Virus record (IMG/VR): IMGVR_UViG_3300015360_000029
Location: 23,460 to 87,459 of that record
Reading direction: 5' to 3' (one strand)
Length of the DNA: 64,000 nucleotides
Source of the DNA: a virus
Position 1 is the first letter of the stretch, and every line of letters starts with the position of its first letter. A program made the translations under genes and the position numbers. Below, in pieces: positions 10,797-19,515 of this stretch. The notes beneath the pieces were generated by a model. The model had not been told where the DNA came from. It did not search any database and worked only from the letters and a program-made list of their open reading frames with translations.

Positions 10797-11192
10797 ATGG
10801 AAACATCCCCTCAAAAGTTAAAAACCAAAGACATCGCTTCGACTCGTCGTTCTCTTCTAGAACGACAACAGTTCAAATGTGCGGTTTGCGGGTACGAATG
10901 CTTGGAAGAACAAGCTGTTCTTGACCACGATCACAAAGATGGACACGTTCGAGAAGCATTGCATCGTGGTTGCAATGCAGTTGAAGGCAAAATCGTGAAT
11001 GCGATGCGAAGGTATGCTATCAAAGATACAAGAGCATTCCTCGAAGGTCTGGTTAAGTACCATGAGAAGCATGCCACGAATCGATCTGGCTTGATCCACC
11101 CGACCCACAAAACCCCTGAAGAAAAAGTAGCGCGAGTTAAGGCGAGGGCCAAGAAGAAGCGCGAAGCCATCAAGAAGACAAAGCAACAGTAA
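10797..11192 (+). CDS. gp49: Recombination endonuclease VII (Holliday junction resolvase)
   Basis: CAVC...VLDHDHKDGHVREALHRGCNAVEG. Confidence 0.9.
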   Translation: METSPQKLKTKDIASTRRSLLERQQFKCAVCGYECLEEQAVLDHDHKDGHVREALHRGCNAVEGKIVNAMRRYAIKDTRAFLEGLVKYHEKHATNRSGLIHPTHKTPEEKVARVKARAKKKREAIKKTKQQ

Positions 11193-11199
11193 TCATCCA

Positions 11200-11793
11200 A
11201 TGACAGAAACATCTCTCCATCGATGGAGCGCTCGCCTCGATGCTCATCGAGAACATGGGTTCTCAGATCTCGTTCCAATTGTCTCAACACACTTCAGAGC
11301 TCACGAAGCTGTTGAGAAATTCTTAGGCCCGTACAACGCTCGACAACGAAATTCTGCGATGCCGTACTCAGCGCCAGATCGTGAAACTCTTCGCCAGCTG
11401 ATCCCACAAGGCAGAATGAATGAATTTTCGTACTCCGCGTACTTGAATAGCATCATTCGATTCTGTGAATCCTCAAGGGGCACTCGTGGCCTTCCAACGC
11501 CACATCCATCTGCAATTCACAGCATTCAGCTGCCTGAACCTGCTTTCGAACTCAAGGCTATGGTTTCAGGTGATACAATGGTGAATATCATTGGAATTCC
11601 TGAAGCCATCATCGTTCGTGGTCTTCGAAATGCAAATGATATGAAGTTCATCATCGTGCGGCCGAAATTGAGTCAGCTTGGAACTGCATCAGCAAAGAAT
11701 TGGGAAGTTCTGTTTTATCGTCAAGCACTCGGGTACATTGCTGACTGGGTTGACAGTACCTTGAATCCGCGCTATTCAGGACGTCTACAATAA
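11200..11793 (+). CDS. Hypothetical protein
   Basis: 197-aa ORF in the operon. Confidence 0.6.
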   Translation: MTETSLHRWSARLDAHREHGFSDLVPIVSTHFRAHEAVEKFLGPYNARQRNSAMPYSAPDRETLRQLIPQGRMNEFSYSAYLNSIIRFCESSRGTRGLPTPHPSAIHSIQLPEPAFELKAMVSGDTMVNIIGIPEAIIVRGLRNANDMKFIIVRPKLSQLGTASAKNWEVLFYRQALGYIADWVDSTLNPRYSGRLQ

Positions 11794-11803
11794 AGGAGTT
11801 TTC

Positions 11804-11995
11804 ATGCTCATTCAATACACACCCGTCTCGTCTCTCAGTACTGAAGCTCGCCAGCGTTTAATCGCATCGGCTCAAAGCTTGTTGCTTACAAATGAAGCTT
11901 CACGTGGGCATGTCATTTTCGAAGGCAAATACTTCAATGTCAGCGAGGTTCGCGCAGCCGCATCCTCGAATCGTATCTTCCTTGCTGAAGGCTGA
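11804..11995 (+). CDS. Hypothetical protein
   Basis: 63 aa with strong RBS AAGGAG. Confidence 0.6.
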   Translation: MLIQYTPVSSLSTEARQRLIASAQSLLLTNEASRGHVIFEGKYFNVSEVRAAASSNRIFLAEG

Positions 11996-12028
11996 TGTGA
12001 TACAATAACTTTATTAACAGGAGTTATC

Positions 12029-12361
12029 GTGTCAGCAAAGCAAGCAAAGCGCCTTCGTAAGGCAGCTATGGGTCTCGCAGTGTCAGTTTCGGAAGCAGGC
12101 AGGGAAATCAGAGGCCGCACGCTGCTTGCTCAAGAGCATCGTCGAACAGCTGCATCATCCACAGTCACATCTTCAGCCTCAATGAAGCCTGATCAAATTG
12201 TTTCCGACGATGTTCATATCGAGACCTTCGCTGTGTCTGCAATCAATGCGCCGAACTCGCTGCGCGGCATCATTCGTTCCCTAAAGAAGGGCATGAAGAA
12301 TGGCACGCTCGACAAGATGCCACCGCGGTCGCGGTGCTCCACCAGCTCCGAACTTCGCTGA
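12029..12361 (+). CDS. Hypothetical basic protein
   Basis: GTG start, RBS AGGAG, extended -10 TGATACAAT upstream. Confidence 0.65.
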   Translation: MSAKQAKRLRKAAMGLAVSVSEAGREIRGRTLLAQEHRRTAASSTVTSSASMKPDQIVSDDVHIETFAVSAINAPNSLRGIIRSLKKGMKNGTLDKMPPRSRCSTSSELR

Positions 12362-12364
12362 AGA

Positions 12365-13609
12365 ATGAGCATTCTGTACAGAGTGAGTGGTGGAAGCGTT
12401 CATCACTCTGATCCATTGCACTGGTCGAACTTCTACCCAGACAAGCAAAGACACCATCGTGAAACAATGAACAAGCGACAGGATTTGATCCTGTATCTTG
12501 CGAGTTTGCATGCATCAGCTTGTAGATCAGAAATGCCGCTTGGGATGATTCACATCCCAATGCGGCTGATGTCATTGCGCGATTGGGTTCAAGACTACCG
12601 AGTTGTACTCGATGCGTTTTTTGATGTGCAGCAACTCGGGTATAATCTCGGCGATGGGAACCACGAAATCAGTATCCTCACACCAAAGCATTGGAAGAAA
12701 GATGAAAGGATCAAGAGCGCTTCGAATGCTGCTTGTGCTTTGAAGTACGAACCTGGTCTTCGACCTGATACTGAAATCGTTTCAAAAGTATACATTCAGC
12801 AACAGCGCGCAGATCACATCCTCGAAAAGCTGGCGCGCTGCGGGCGCCTCGATTTGCACTCCCCAGTTGAATGGTTGCTTTCACAGAGCGAAGTGAACTT
12901 CCATTTTGAACGAGCTGGAAAACTCCAGCAACGTGATACGTCTGTGTGGCCCGTTAGTGGAGTTGAAACGTGGCCAAGCTGGCTTCGTGAAGATCTATTC
13001 GGGCCAGGCATTGACATCGATTCTGCATACACACAATTCTTGTTGAAGCATCTTCGCGAAGCATACATGGACAGACCACAACTTCTCCAATTGATGTTCC
13101 CAGATCTGCTGAGATCGTTGGTTGACAAGAAGGCTTGGCGCATCGAATTGTGTGCAGATGTTCTCGGGATGGAAGTGTCAAATGAGAACATCGGCATCGT
13201 GAAGCGTCTCTGCATGAGCCTCGCGAACGGCTCACGCATCAGCCCAATGATTCTGACAGGCTCGAGAGCGTTCAGCATCACAGCTGATCTCGTAATTCAA
13301 AACACCGATGACGTATCTGTTTGTAATTTGATTCGTATCGGTGATCGCCTACAGTCGATCTCGAGGCAGTACGTGCAAGCTCGAAAGATCATCTGCATTA
13401 AGGTTCTTGGGCGAAGCCCATCAAGAAAGAACCAAAAGAGTGTGTTCGCTTCGTATTTTGAATGGGAGCGAATAGCGCGCTACATGATCTGGGAAGAAGT
13501 CGGCAGACACGGTGTCATGGTTCATGATGGCATTGATGGCATCCCGCAAGAACATCTTGACCGATTGCCTGCGATCATGGAAGGTCTAAGCCTTCGCCTC
13601 ACAACGTGA
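12365..13609 (+). CDS. Family-A-related (TV-Pol-like) polymerase palm protein
   Basis: Motif A-like IDIDSAYTQFL, motif B-like KRLCMSLANG and motif C-like VMVHDG in the correct order. Confidence 0.55.
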   Translation: MSILYRVSGGSVHHSDPLHWSNFYPDKQRHHRETMNKRQDLILYLASLHASACRSEMPLGMIHIPMRLMSLRDWVQDYRVVLDAFFDVQQLGYNLGDGNHEISILTPKHWKKDERIKSASNAACALKYEPGLRPDTEIVSKVYIQQQRADHILEKLARCGRLDLHSPVEWLLSQSEVNFHFERAGKLQQRDTSVWPVSGVETWPSWLREDLFGPGIDIDSAYTQFLLKHLREAYMDRPQLLQLMFPDLLRSLVDKKAWRIELCADVLGMEVSNENIGIVKRLCMSLANGSRISPMILTGSRAFSITADLVIQNTDDVSVCNLIRIGDRLQSISRQYVQARKIICIKVLGRSPSRKNQKSVFASYFEWERIARYMIWEEVGRHGVMVHDGIDGIPQEHLDRLPAIMEGLSLRLTT

Positions 13610-13616
13610 GCGTTAT

Positions 13617-13670
13617 TACAGCATTAGGTGCTGAATAAGGAATGGGAGCCATTGGCTCCCATTATTGTTT
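13617..13670. repeat. 3' cassette repeat copy A, containing a terminator hairpin (13641-13663)
   Basis: Reverse complement of 42290-42344 with 1 mismatch and 1 indel; hairpin AATGGGAGCC-ATT-GGCTCCCATT between convergent genes. Confidence 0.9.
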
Positions 13671-14038
13671 TATGAAGAGCGATCCATAGCATTCTCGAGC
13701 TTAGCAATTCCGCTCATAAGCACTTCCATTTCTTTTTCAAGAACTTTCAAGTCATCGTCAGCCCGACTATCATATTGATCCCCAGACCGTGATCTTTGTG
13801 AATGATATTGATTTTTCCGTTCTACATCAATCCGTTGTTGAAGCTCTTCTTTTTTAGACAGTGCTTGATCGATCTTTGTTTGTAAAGAAGATTTAAGCAT
13901 GTTCTCACCGTCTTCAACCAGACCAGTAACTTCACGTGTCTTCGCAACGAAGTACTCGTGCATCGTAACAGCAGCTTGCTCTTGACGATCGTTGATGATG
14001 TCTTGAAGCATTGCCTTCAGTGTTTCTTTATTGCTCAT
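13670..14038 (-). CDS. Prohead-core-like paralog 1 (MLQDIINDR module plus coiled-coil cargo)
   Basis: N-terminal ~35 aa shared with 32143..32328 and 41776..42264; RBS AGGAGA and TATAAATA upstream. Confidence 0.75.
   Translation of the reverse strand: MSNKETLKAMLQDIINDRQEQAAVTMHEYFVAKTREVTGLVEDGENMLKSSLQTKIDQALSKKEELQQRIDVERKNQYHSQRSRSGDQYDSRADDDLKVLEKEMEVLMSGIAKLENAMDRSS
13912..14011 (-). repeat. 5' cassette repeat copy A (100 bp)
   Basis: 97/100 identical to 41797-41896 in inverted orientation. Confidence 0.92.
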
Positions 14039-14062
14039 GTTTTTCTCCTAGGGTTGATTCTG

Positions 14063-14070
14063 TATTTATA
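14063..14070 (-). promoter_or_regulatory. T4-type late promoter TATAAATA
   Basis: Exact T4 late consensus upstream of 14038. Confidence 0.8.
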
Positions 14071-14120
14071 CAGGTTTGCCGTTAAAATAAACTGCTTTGA
14101 ACGGATTTTGAATGTTTGCA

Positions 14121-14690
14121 TCACATCTCAAGTTGATCAACGTACAGCTTCGACACAGGATTCTTGACCAGACGTTTAGAGCCTTGAGCGTACAAGCCTT
14201 GTTTGATCTCGTCCGCCATGTTCTTTGTGATGTTCCTGGATCGCATTCCACCACGCAGGAAGAAGTGAACTGGAACAGGCTCGTCACCATTGACACGTCG
14301 AACCATTCGCATCCGTCCACGACCTTCGTGTCCTACGATCTTCGGAAGCGTCTTGCCTTCGTCGTCGATCATGATCTCGAAGAACGGGATCCCGATTGCG
14401 TACCCTTCTTCAACGAACTTCTCAAGATCACGTGACGTTGGCTCTTGCTGACCTTCGTCGTCGAGAGCGAGCGACATGAACACTGACGGCTTCACAAAAC
14501 CGACGAACCCCATGTACCATACGTTCGTGTTGTTCGGAACTGAGCCGAACCCTTTGCTCGAAGAGAACGTGATCTTCCCGACTGTGTAATCTTCTTCTGC
14601 TAAAGCTGGTGACCAAGCCGGAACATCACCAAGCCTCTTGGCATGAATCTCGCGCTCAGCCTCGGCAAGGAATTGTTTGAATGTGTGCAT
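14121..14690 (-). CDS. Capsid-targeted protein with ParB/Srx-like motif
   Basis: Starts MHTFKQFLAE; IVGHEGRGRM resembles the ParB GxxR motif. Confidence 0.6.
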   Translation of the reverse strand: MHTFKQFLAEAEREIHAKRLGDVPAWSPALAEEDYTVGKITFSSSKGFGSVPNNTNVWYMGFVGFVKPSVFMSLALDDEGQQEPTSRDLEKFVEEGYAIGIPFFEIMIDDEGKTLPKIVGHEGRGRMRMVRRVNGDEPVPVHFFLRGGMRSRNITKNMADEIKQGLYAQGSKRLVKNPVSKLYVDQLEM

Positions 14691-14702
14691 AGTTTATTTA
14701 CA

Positions 14703-14728
14703 ACAAAGGGACCTACGGGTCCCTTTGT
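14703..14728 (-). terminator. Rho-independent terminator after the tail sheath gene
   Basis: ACAAAGGGACC-TACG-GGTCCCTTTGT hairpin. Confidence 0.75.
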
Positions 14729-14742
14729 GAAGCGGTTGATCC

Positions 14743-16581
14743 TTAGATCTGCGCGCCAGTTGAAACAACACGGATCGGGATATGGATGAATTCTGCGGCA
14801 CGCGTTGGCTTGATTGCAATATCGAGATACATCTCGTTCGCGTCGATGCGGGCTGCGGTGTTGTTCGTAGCATCACAGTATGATGCGTAGTCGGTAAGAC
14901 CACGCTTAGATAAGATGTCGTTCATCACGCCATCAGCTGCTGCTTTCAAGTTATCACGTGTAAGCTGATCGTTCGGCTCGAATACAAATGGCTGCGCACC
15001 TTTGCGAAGGACGCGGCGAAGATACATCACGAGGCGAACAACGTTGATCCGGTCAAGAGCCGAAGCTGCCGGAGCCGAAGTCTTCTGACCCCAGACAATA
15101 ATTCCGCGACCTGGGAAGAACACGATTGGGTTGATGTTCTTGTAGTATTCATACAAGTTGTCGCGTTGACCGCTGTTCAAAGAAACTGGAACGAAGGTGG
15201 TTGCTGTCCCAAGAGCGCCAGTCACGAACCCAACATTGTCCACACCGAATGTAATGCCGCGTGAGATACCAGCTGGAGCTACCCAAACGTACGATTGATT
15301 GTCGCTGTATGCAAACGTTCGAAGAGCGACACCTGATGGTGCGCCAAGAACATTTCGACCGTCGAGATTTGATTGAACTGCCCACGGGTAGTAGTACGAA
15401 ATTGAATTTCCTGACTGGCGGGCGGATGTGAGCGCCCATTGCGCTGTCTGATCTGGATTCAGATTGGACGGAGTATCGGCAATCACCATCGCTTCGTCCT
15501 TAACATCGACTGAAAGCAGTGTCAATTCGCCAGCGCATTCGAAGTATCCAGGACAGAGGATCAAGTTGAACTCATAAAATTCCGAGCGAACGTCTTGATT
15601 GATGTTGATCGAAGCTTGAAGAGCAGTGACGATCGACAGACGGCGAGCTGCATCATCTGCGCCGAGCGGGTTCGTAACTGTAACAGATGAAGATGTTACA
15701 GTGAATGAATCACCAACCGCGAACAGTGTTACGCCTGGAACGATTGTGAAGTTCAGGTAGTTATCGTCATATGGCGAATTCACAGCGCCCACACCTGCAG
15801 GTCCTATCAAGTACGCAACTGTGAAGTTCGAAGCAGTCGTGAACGTAATCGTAGCAACGTTGTTCCCGAGCGAAACATCAGGTGCAAGATTCTGAACTGC
15901 CCCGTTGCCGACGTTGCCAACACCTGGAGTTGCTGCGTACGCAAGAGCGAACATGAACTTGTCACCGGCTACGAATGGTACGAGGCCCGCAGAAACAGTG
16001 AAGCCAACGACTTGCGACGTGAGAGGAGCACCGACATTGCCGTCTTTGATGAAGCCTGCAACGGAACCAGTAACACCGAATTCAGTACCAGAAGTGAATG
16101 TGACAGTGATGATCTGTGGCTTCACAGCTAATGATGTCGCAATGCGTGCGCTAATCGTACCGTTACCAACGCCAACGAACGAAGCTGCGCCTGACATTGG
16201 GATACCAAGTGAAACGAAAGTTTCAGCAGCATCGTCAAGATCAACGTTCGCACGAACAACGTATGCGCGATTTCCAATCCCCAAGAATGAATTCAAAGCG
16301 AGCAATCCGTATTCATTCCGAGCATCGCCGTGGTATTCGTTACCAGAGATGTCATTCAAGAAATACGGAACACCGTACAGCTCAAGCGATTGAGTTTGTG
16401 ACGTCACTGTGCGAACAACGCCGTGCTCAAGAGTACCAGCAGCCAAAGTCGAACCGTTAGGTTGCAACTTTCCTGTACGAGTAGCAATGAACAGAAGTGG
16501 AACTGTCGTTGCCGTCGTCGGAAAGAAAAAGCTTTGATCTGTAACTGTGACGCTTACGCCAGGGGAGATAAGGTTGGACAT
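14743..16581 (-). CDS. gp18: Tail sheath protein
   Basis: SPGVSVTVTD N-terminus; WVAPAG..RG, INPI, WGQKT, LDRINVVRL, FEPND, AEFI. Confidence 0.97.
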   Translation of the reverse strand: MSNLISPGVSVTVTDQSFFFPTTATTVPLLFIATRTGKLQPNGSTLAAGTLEHGVVRTVTSQTQSLELYGVPYFLNDISGNEYHGDARNEYGLLALNSFLGIGNRAYVVRANVDLDDAAETFVSLGIPMSGAASFVGVGNGTISARIATSLAVKPQIITVTFTSGTEFGVTGSVAGFIKDGNVGAPLTSQVVGFTVSAGLVPFVAGDKFMFALAYAATPGVGNVGNGAVQNLAPDVSLGNNVATITFTTASNFTVAYLIGPAGVGAVNSPYDDNYLNFTIVPGVTLFAVGDSFTVTSSSVTVTNPLGADDAARRLSIVTALQASININQDVRSEFYEFNLILCPGYFECAGELTLLSVDVKDEAMVIADTPSNLNPDQTAQWALTSARQSGNSISYYYPWAVQSNLDGRNVLGAPSGVALRTFAYSDNQSYVWVAPAGISRGITFGVDNVGFVTGALGTATTFVPVSLNSGQRDNLYEYYKNINPIVFFPGRGIIVWGQKTSAPAASALDRINVVRLVMYLRRVLRKGAQPFVFEPNDQLTRDNLKAAADGVMNDILSKRGLTDYASYCDATNNTAARIDANEMYLDIAIKPTRAAEFIHIPIRVVSTGAQI

Positions 16582-16635
16582 TGAAATACTCCTGCTAAAG
16601 ATGGCAGCAACTGCTGCTCTGGTTGTTCGTAAGAG

Positions 16636-16642
16636 TATTTAT
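16636..16642 (-). promoter_or_regulatory. Late promoter (ATAAATA) for the sheath gene
   Basis: TATTTAT on + strand, in the intergenic region upstream of gp18. Confidence 0.7.
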
Positions 16643-16674
16643 GAAATCGGCAGTTTTTGATAGTCAATCTTGAT

Positions 16675-18162
16675 TCACTTTCTGATACCGAGCTTCTTCA
16701 GAATGTCATCTTCCCATAATGTTCCTGAGATATTTACATCTTGAAGCGTTATTCCTAGACGCTTCAGGATCAAACGGAATTCAGCTTTGTGCCTGTCACT
16801 AGATTTCTTGATTCCAAGTTCAGAGAACGCTCGAAACAGCCCGCTAAGCAACTTACTTTGAAACCAGTCTTTTGCATATCGTTGTCGAGTTGAGTTACTT
16901 GTAATTCTGCCTGCTTTGGCATCGGCCATCCAAACATTCAATTCTTTGGCTATATCTTCTTGATCACCGAACTCGAGGATGTCTGCAAGTGATCGAGAAT
17001 CTAAGTCAGTATTCTCATCTGCAGCTTCGACCTTTCCAAGAATCTTCGTGACTTTCTTCAAGTATTCATTTCGTTCTGCAGCTGGATCGATCGCGATTTC
17101 TAGAGCAAGAACGAATCGCAGAATAGTATCATAGATCAAATCGTACTTCGTGTGGTATTCAGCATTCCCGGCAATTCGGAATTCAAGATATCCACTCTTT
17201 ATCTTCTCAATGTGCACAGACGAATACTTAGCTGTTGAAAGAGCTGAGCGAGCGAGTTTCACCATCGCATCAGCTTCCTTTGGAAGCTTTCCAATGCCAG
17301 TAAGAGAAGTGACGATCGCATCGGTCTGCGGCTTCGTAAATGTGTTCGAAAGACGATCAAATTGTTTCAGAACATATCTATCACCCATGAACAATACGAG
17401 CTTCAACAGATCAGCATTCTCAATCCCAGGCATACTGATGTTTATGTGCAAGCCAGTGGTGATGTTCGTTTCAACATTTTGCCGAACCATCCAGCTAAAC
17501 ATTGATTTCAAATCTTGAAGTGCTTTCATCAAAGTCTGCGGCGGCGAGATAATTTCTGCACCAACCCCTACGGCACCTGCAGTAATTGATCTGTCAGGAA
17601 CTACAAGCCAGTCACCTCTATCGAAGTGTTCTTTAGATTCGCGCCAGGCTATCGTGACATTTTGCTCAAGATGATCTGACAAATCGTCCTCTATGTTCGA
17701 GAATGTTCCCTTTTGCATCTCTTCGATATCCATGTCGGCTAGACCGCCGATGTAGATTCTAGCCGATGATTGCCCAGTATCAGCTTCCCAACCGTATGTT
17801 GGGATGAAACCATTGGCTTTCACGAAATTGTACACAGATTTATATTCGTCAGAGATGAAGTTCTCCCATTCGATTTCATCATCTTCCGATTTCGTTTGAA
17901 CCCAATTGTCGTATTCTTTGGTAATTGTCTTTTTCTCAACTTTGTCAATTTCGAAATAATCAAATAATTCATTGAAGTCTGTGATTTTGTTCAATGACGT
18001 CCATTCGCGATTCACTTCTCCATTCGCAAGAAGTTCGGACTTTTCAGAAATGACGCACTCGAATTCGAACCCAATTTTTGCATCGCTATGCCGCTCCGCT
18101 GCTTTTGCGAATTCAGCACGGTTCATCGCCTTCTCAGCAAGGAAGTTTTTGAATGTAATCAT
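16675..18162 (-). CDS. Putative amidoligase (COOH-NH2 ligase family) with capsid-targeting N-terminus
   Basis: IGFEFE, PDRSI, GAEIISPP, TGLHINIS, KYSSV, YLEFRIAG; starts MITFKNFLAE. Confidence 0.8.
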   Translation of the reverse strand: MITFKNFLAEKAMNRAEFAKAAERHSDAKIGFEFECVISEKSELLANGEVNREWTSLNKITDFNELFDYFEIDKVEKKTITKEYDNWVQTKSEDDEIEWENFISDEYKSVYNFVKANGFIPTYGWEADTGQSSARIYIGGLADMDIEEMQKGTFSNIEDDLSDHLEQNVTIAWRESKEHFDRGDWLVVPDRSITAGAVGVGAEIISPPQTLMKALQDLKSMFSWMVRQNVETNITTGLHINISMPGIENADLLKLVLFMGDRYVLKQFDRLSNTFTKPQTDAIVTSLTGIGKLPKEADAMVKLARSALSTAKYSSVHIEKIKSGYLEFRIAGNAEYHTKYDLIYDTILRFVLALEIAIDPAAERNEYLKKVTKILGKVEAADENTDLDSRSLADILEFGDQEDIAKELNVWMADAKAGRITSNSTRQRYAKDWFQSKLLSGLFRAFSELGIKKSSDRHKAEFRLILKRLGITLQDVNISGTLWEDDILKKLGIRK

Positions 18163-19103
18163 GGGTATTGAACCTGGTTAGGCTCAGGCGGGCTTCGAGT
18201 TCCTCGCTGAGGAGCGATGTATTTTTCGATTTCGTACCAGCGCACCCCGTCCCAACGCTTTGCAATGTTCGATGTCATGTCGAACCAAGTTTCATCGACT
18301 TCTGGATTTGCCGGCGCAATGTTCTGAACGTACGTGCATTCAGCTGCACTCGGTACTTCGTTAGTGTCGAAGTCGAGGCGCGTGAATGGTTCATCGAACG
18401 GAACTAAATTTCCAAAGTCATCAACTTCATTAATATTCATCGATCCAAGGTTTCCAATTTGAATGATAACTCGACGAACCAGATCATCTTTCACGCCCAT
18501 TGGAATACTGAGGAAGATTGGAAGTTCGAACGCCAAAGTCCATAAAATTATTCGACGATCGGATCCAGATGGATAATTCTCTTCGTTGCTAATCGAAGTG
18601 AGTTCGACTTTTGTAATTCGAGTCCAATCAAACGGGCCATCAGACTTCTGAATTTGCAGATCTGGATTGAACAACACAAGCACTTGCTCAAGGATTTGAT
18701 CTCGTTGTTGTGTATTCGAGGTGTAAATGCTGAGTTCAACAGTAATGTTGTACGGGATCGGCATCGCTCGCTTCACAACAGTCAGATCTGTTGGGAACAC
18801 ACCGCCAATTGGAAGCGTGACGCGTTGATCAACGTATGCTTGAACCTTTCGACGCTCTGGCGCTGGATCGATTTGCGTCAGGTGGGCCGCCATCGTCGGA
18901 AGACTGAACACACGATTCTGTGTGTTCCCTGCCATGATCGCAGCGACAACACGATCTTTGTGCCCGATCACGATTGGCACTGTGATAAATTCTGCATCGC
19001 CGCATTCGCCGATCCCAGTTTGAACTTGGAGACCGTGAAAGATACTGACGAATTGCAAAAGGTACTGTCGCAGTTGATTGTCGAAGTGGTAGTGAGTGAT
19101 CAT
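18159..19103 (-). CDS. gp15: Tail sheath stabilizer/terminator
   Basis: HFDNQLRQYLLQF, VPI, PIPYNITVELSIY, QILEQVLVLFNP. Confidence 0.88.
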   Translation of the reverse strand: MITHYHFDNQLRQYLLQFVSIFHGLQVQTGIGECGDAEFITVPIVIGHKDRVVAAIMAGNTQNRVFSLPTMAAHLTQIDPAPERRKVQAYVDQRVTLPIGGVFPTDLTVVKRAMPIPYNITVELSIYTSNTQQRDQILEQVLVLFNPDLQIQKSDGPFDWTRITKVELTSISNEENYPSGSDRRIILWTLAFELPIFLSIPMGVKDDLVRRVIIQIGNLGSMNINEVDDFGNLVPFDEPFTRLDFDTNEVPSAAECTYVQNIAPANPEVDETWFDMTSNIAKRWDGVRWYEIEKYIAPQRGTRSPPEPNQVQYP

Positions 19104-19183
19104 TTGAATAACTTCGGATGAGTGTCAATGTATTCGGCGGCCTTGTCTGTCATTTCAGCAATGAATTGTTTGAATGTGGTCAT
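19100..19183 (-). CDS. 27-aa peptide that is little more than a capsid-targeting sequence (possible remnant)
   Basis: MTTFKQFIAEMTDKAAEYIDTHPKLFK; ATGA overlaps with both neighbours. Confidence 0.5.
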   Translation of the reverse strand: MTTFKQFIAEMTDKAAEYIDTHPKLFK

Positions 19184-19515
19184 GACACCTTCGATTCTTC
19201 AAGTTGTTCTTGCGAAACGATTCTGCCTGGGAGATATTCAACTTCCATATCTATAGCTTTTTGAAGGCGATGAACACCATCCAACACGACCCATTTGCGT
19301 TTCCAAATCGTCATCAACAGCGGAGCATTTAAGTCAGCAGATTTCACACGCGCAGCATCATTGTCTTCAGCAAGGATCCATTCAATGTCAGCAACTTTGA
19401 AATACGAGACTGGGTTCTTATCAACAAGTCTAAACACCGTGTTTATGTCATACTTCTGCTTGTCATGGGTAAACGAACCACCTTTTGTCTCTTGATATAA
19501 TTCAAAAAGCTTCAT
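19180..19515 (-). CDS. ParB/Srx-like small protein with MKLFEL-type N-terminus
   Basis: ADLNAPLL...VVLDGVHRLQKA. Confidence 0.7.
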   Translation of the reverse strand: MKLFELYQETKGGSFTHDKQKYDINTVFRLVDKNPVSYFKVADIEWILAEDNDAARVKSADLNAPLLMTIWKRKWVVLDGVHRLQKAIDMEVEYLPGRIVSQEQLEESKVS

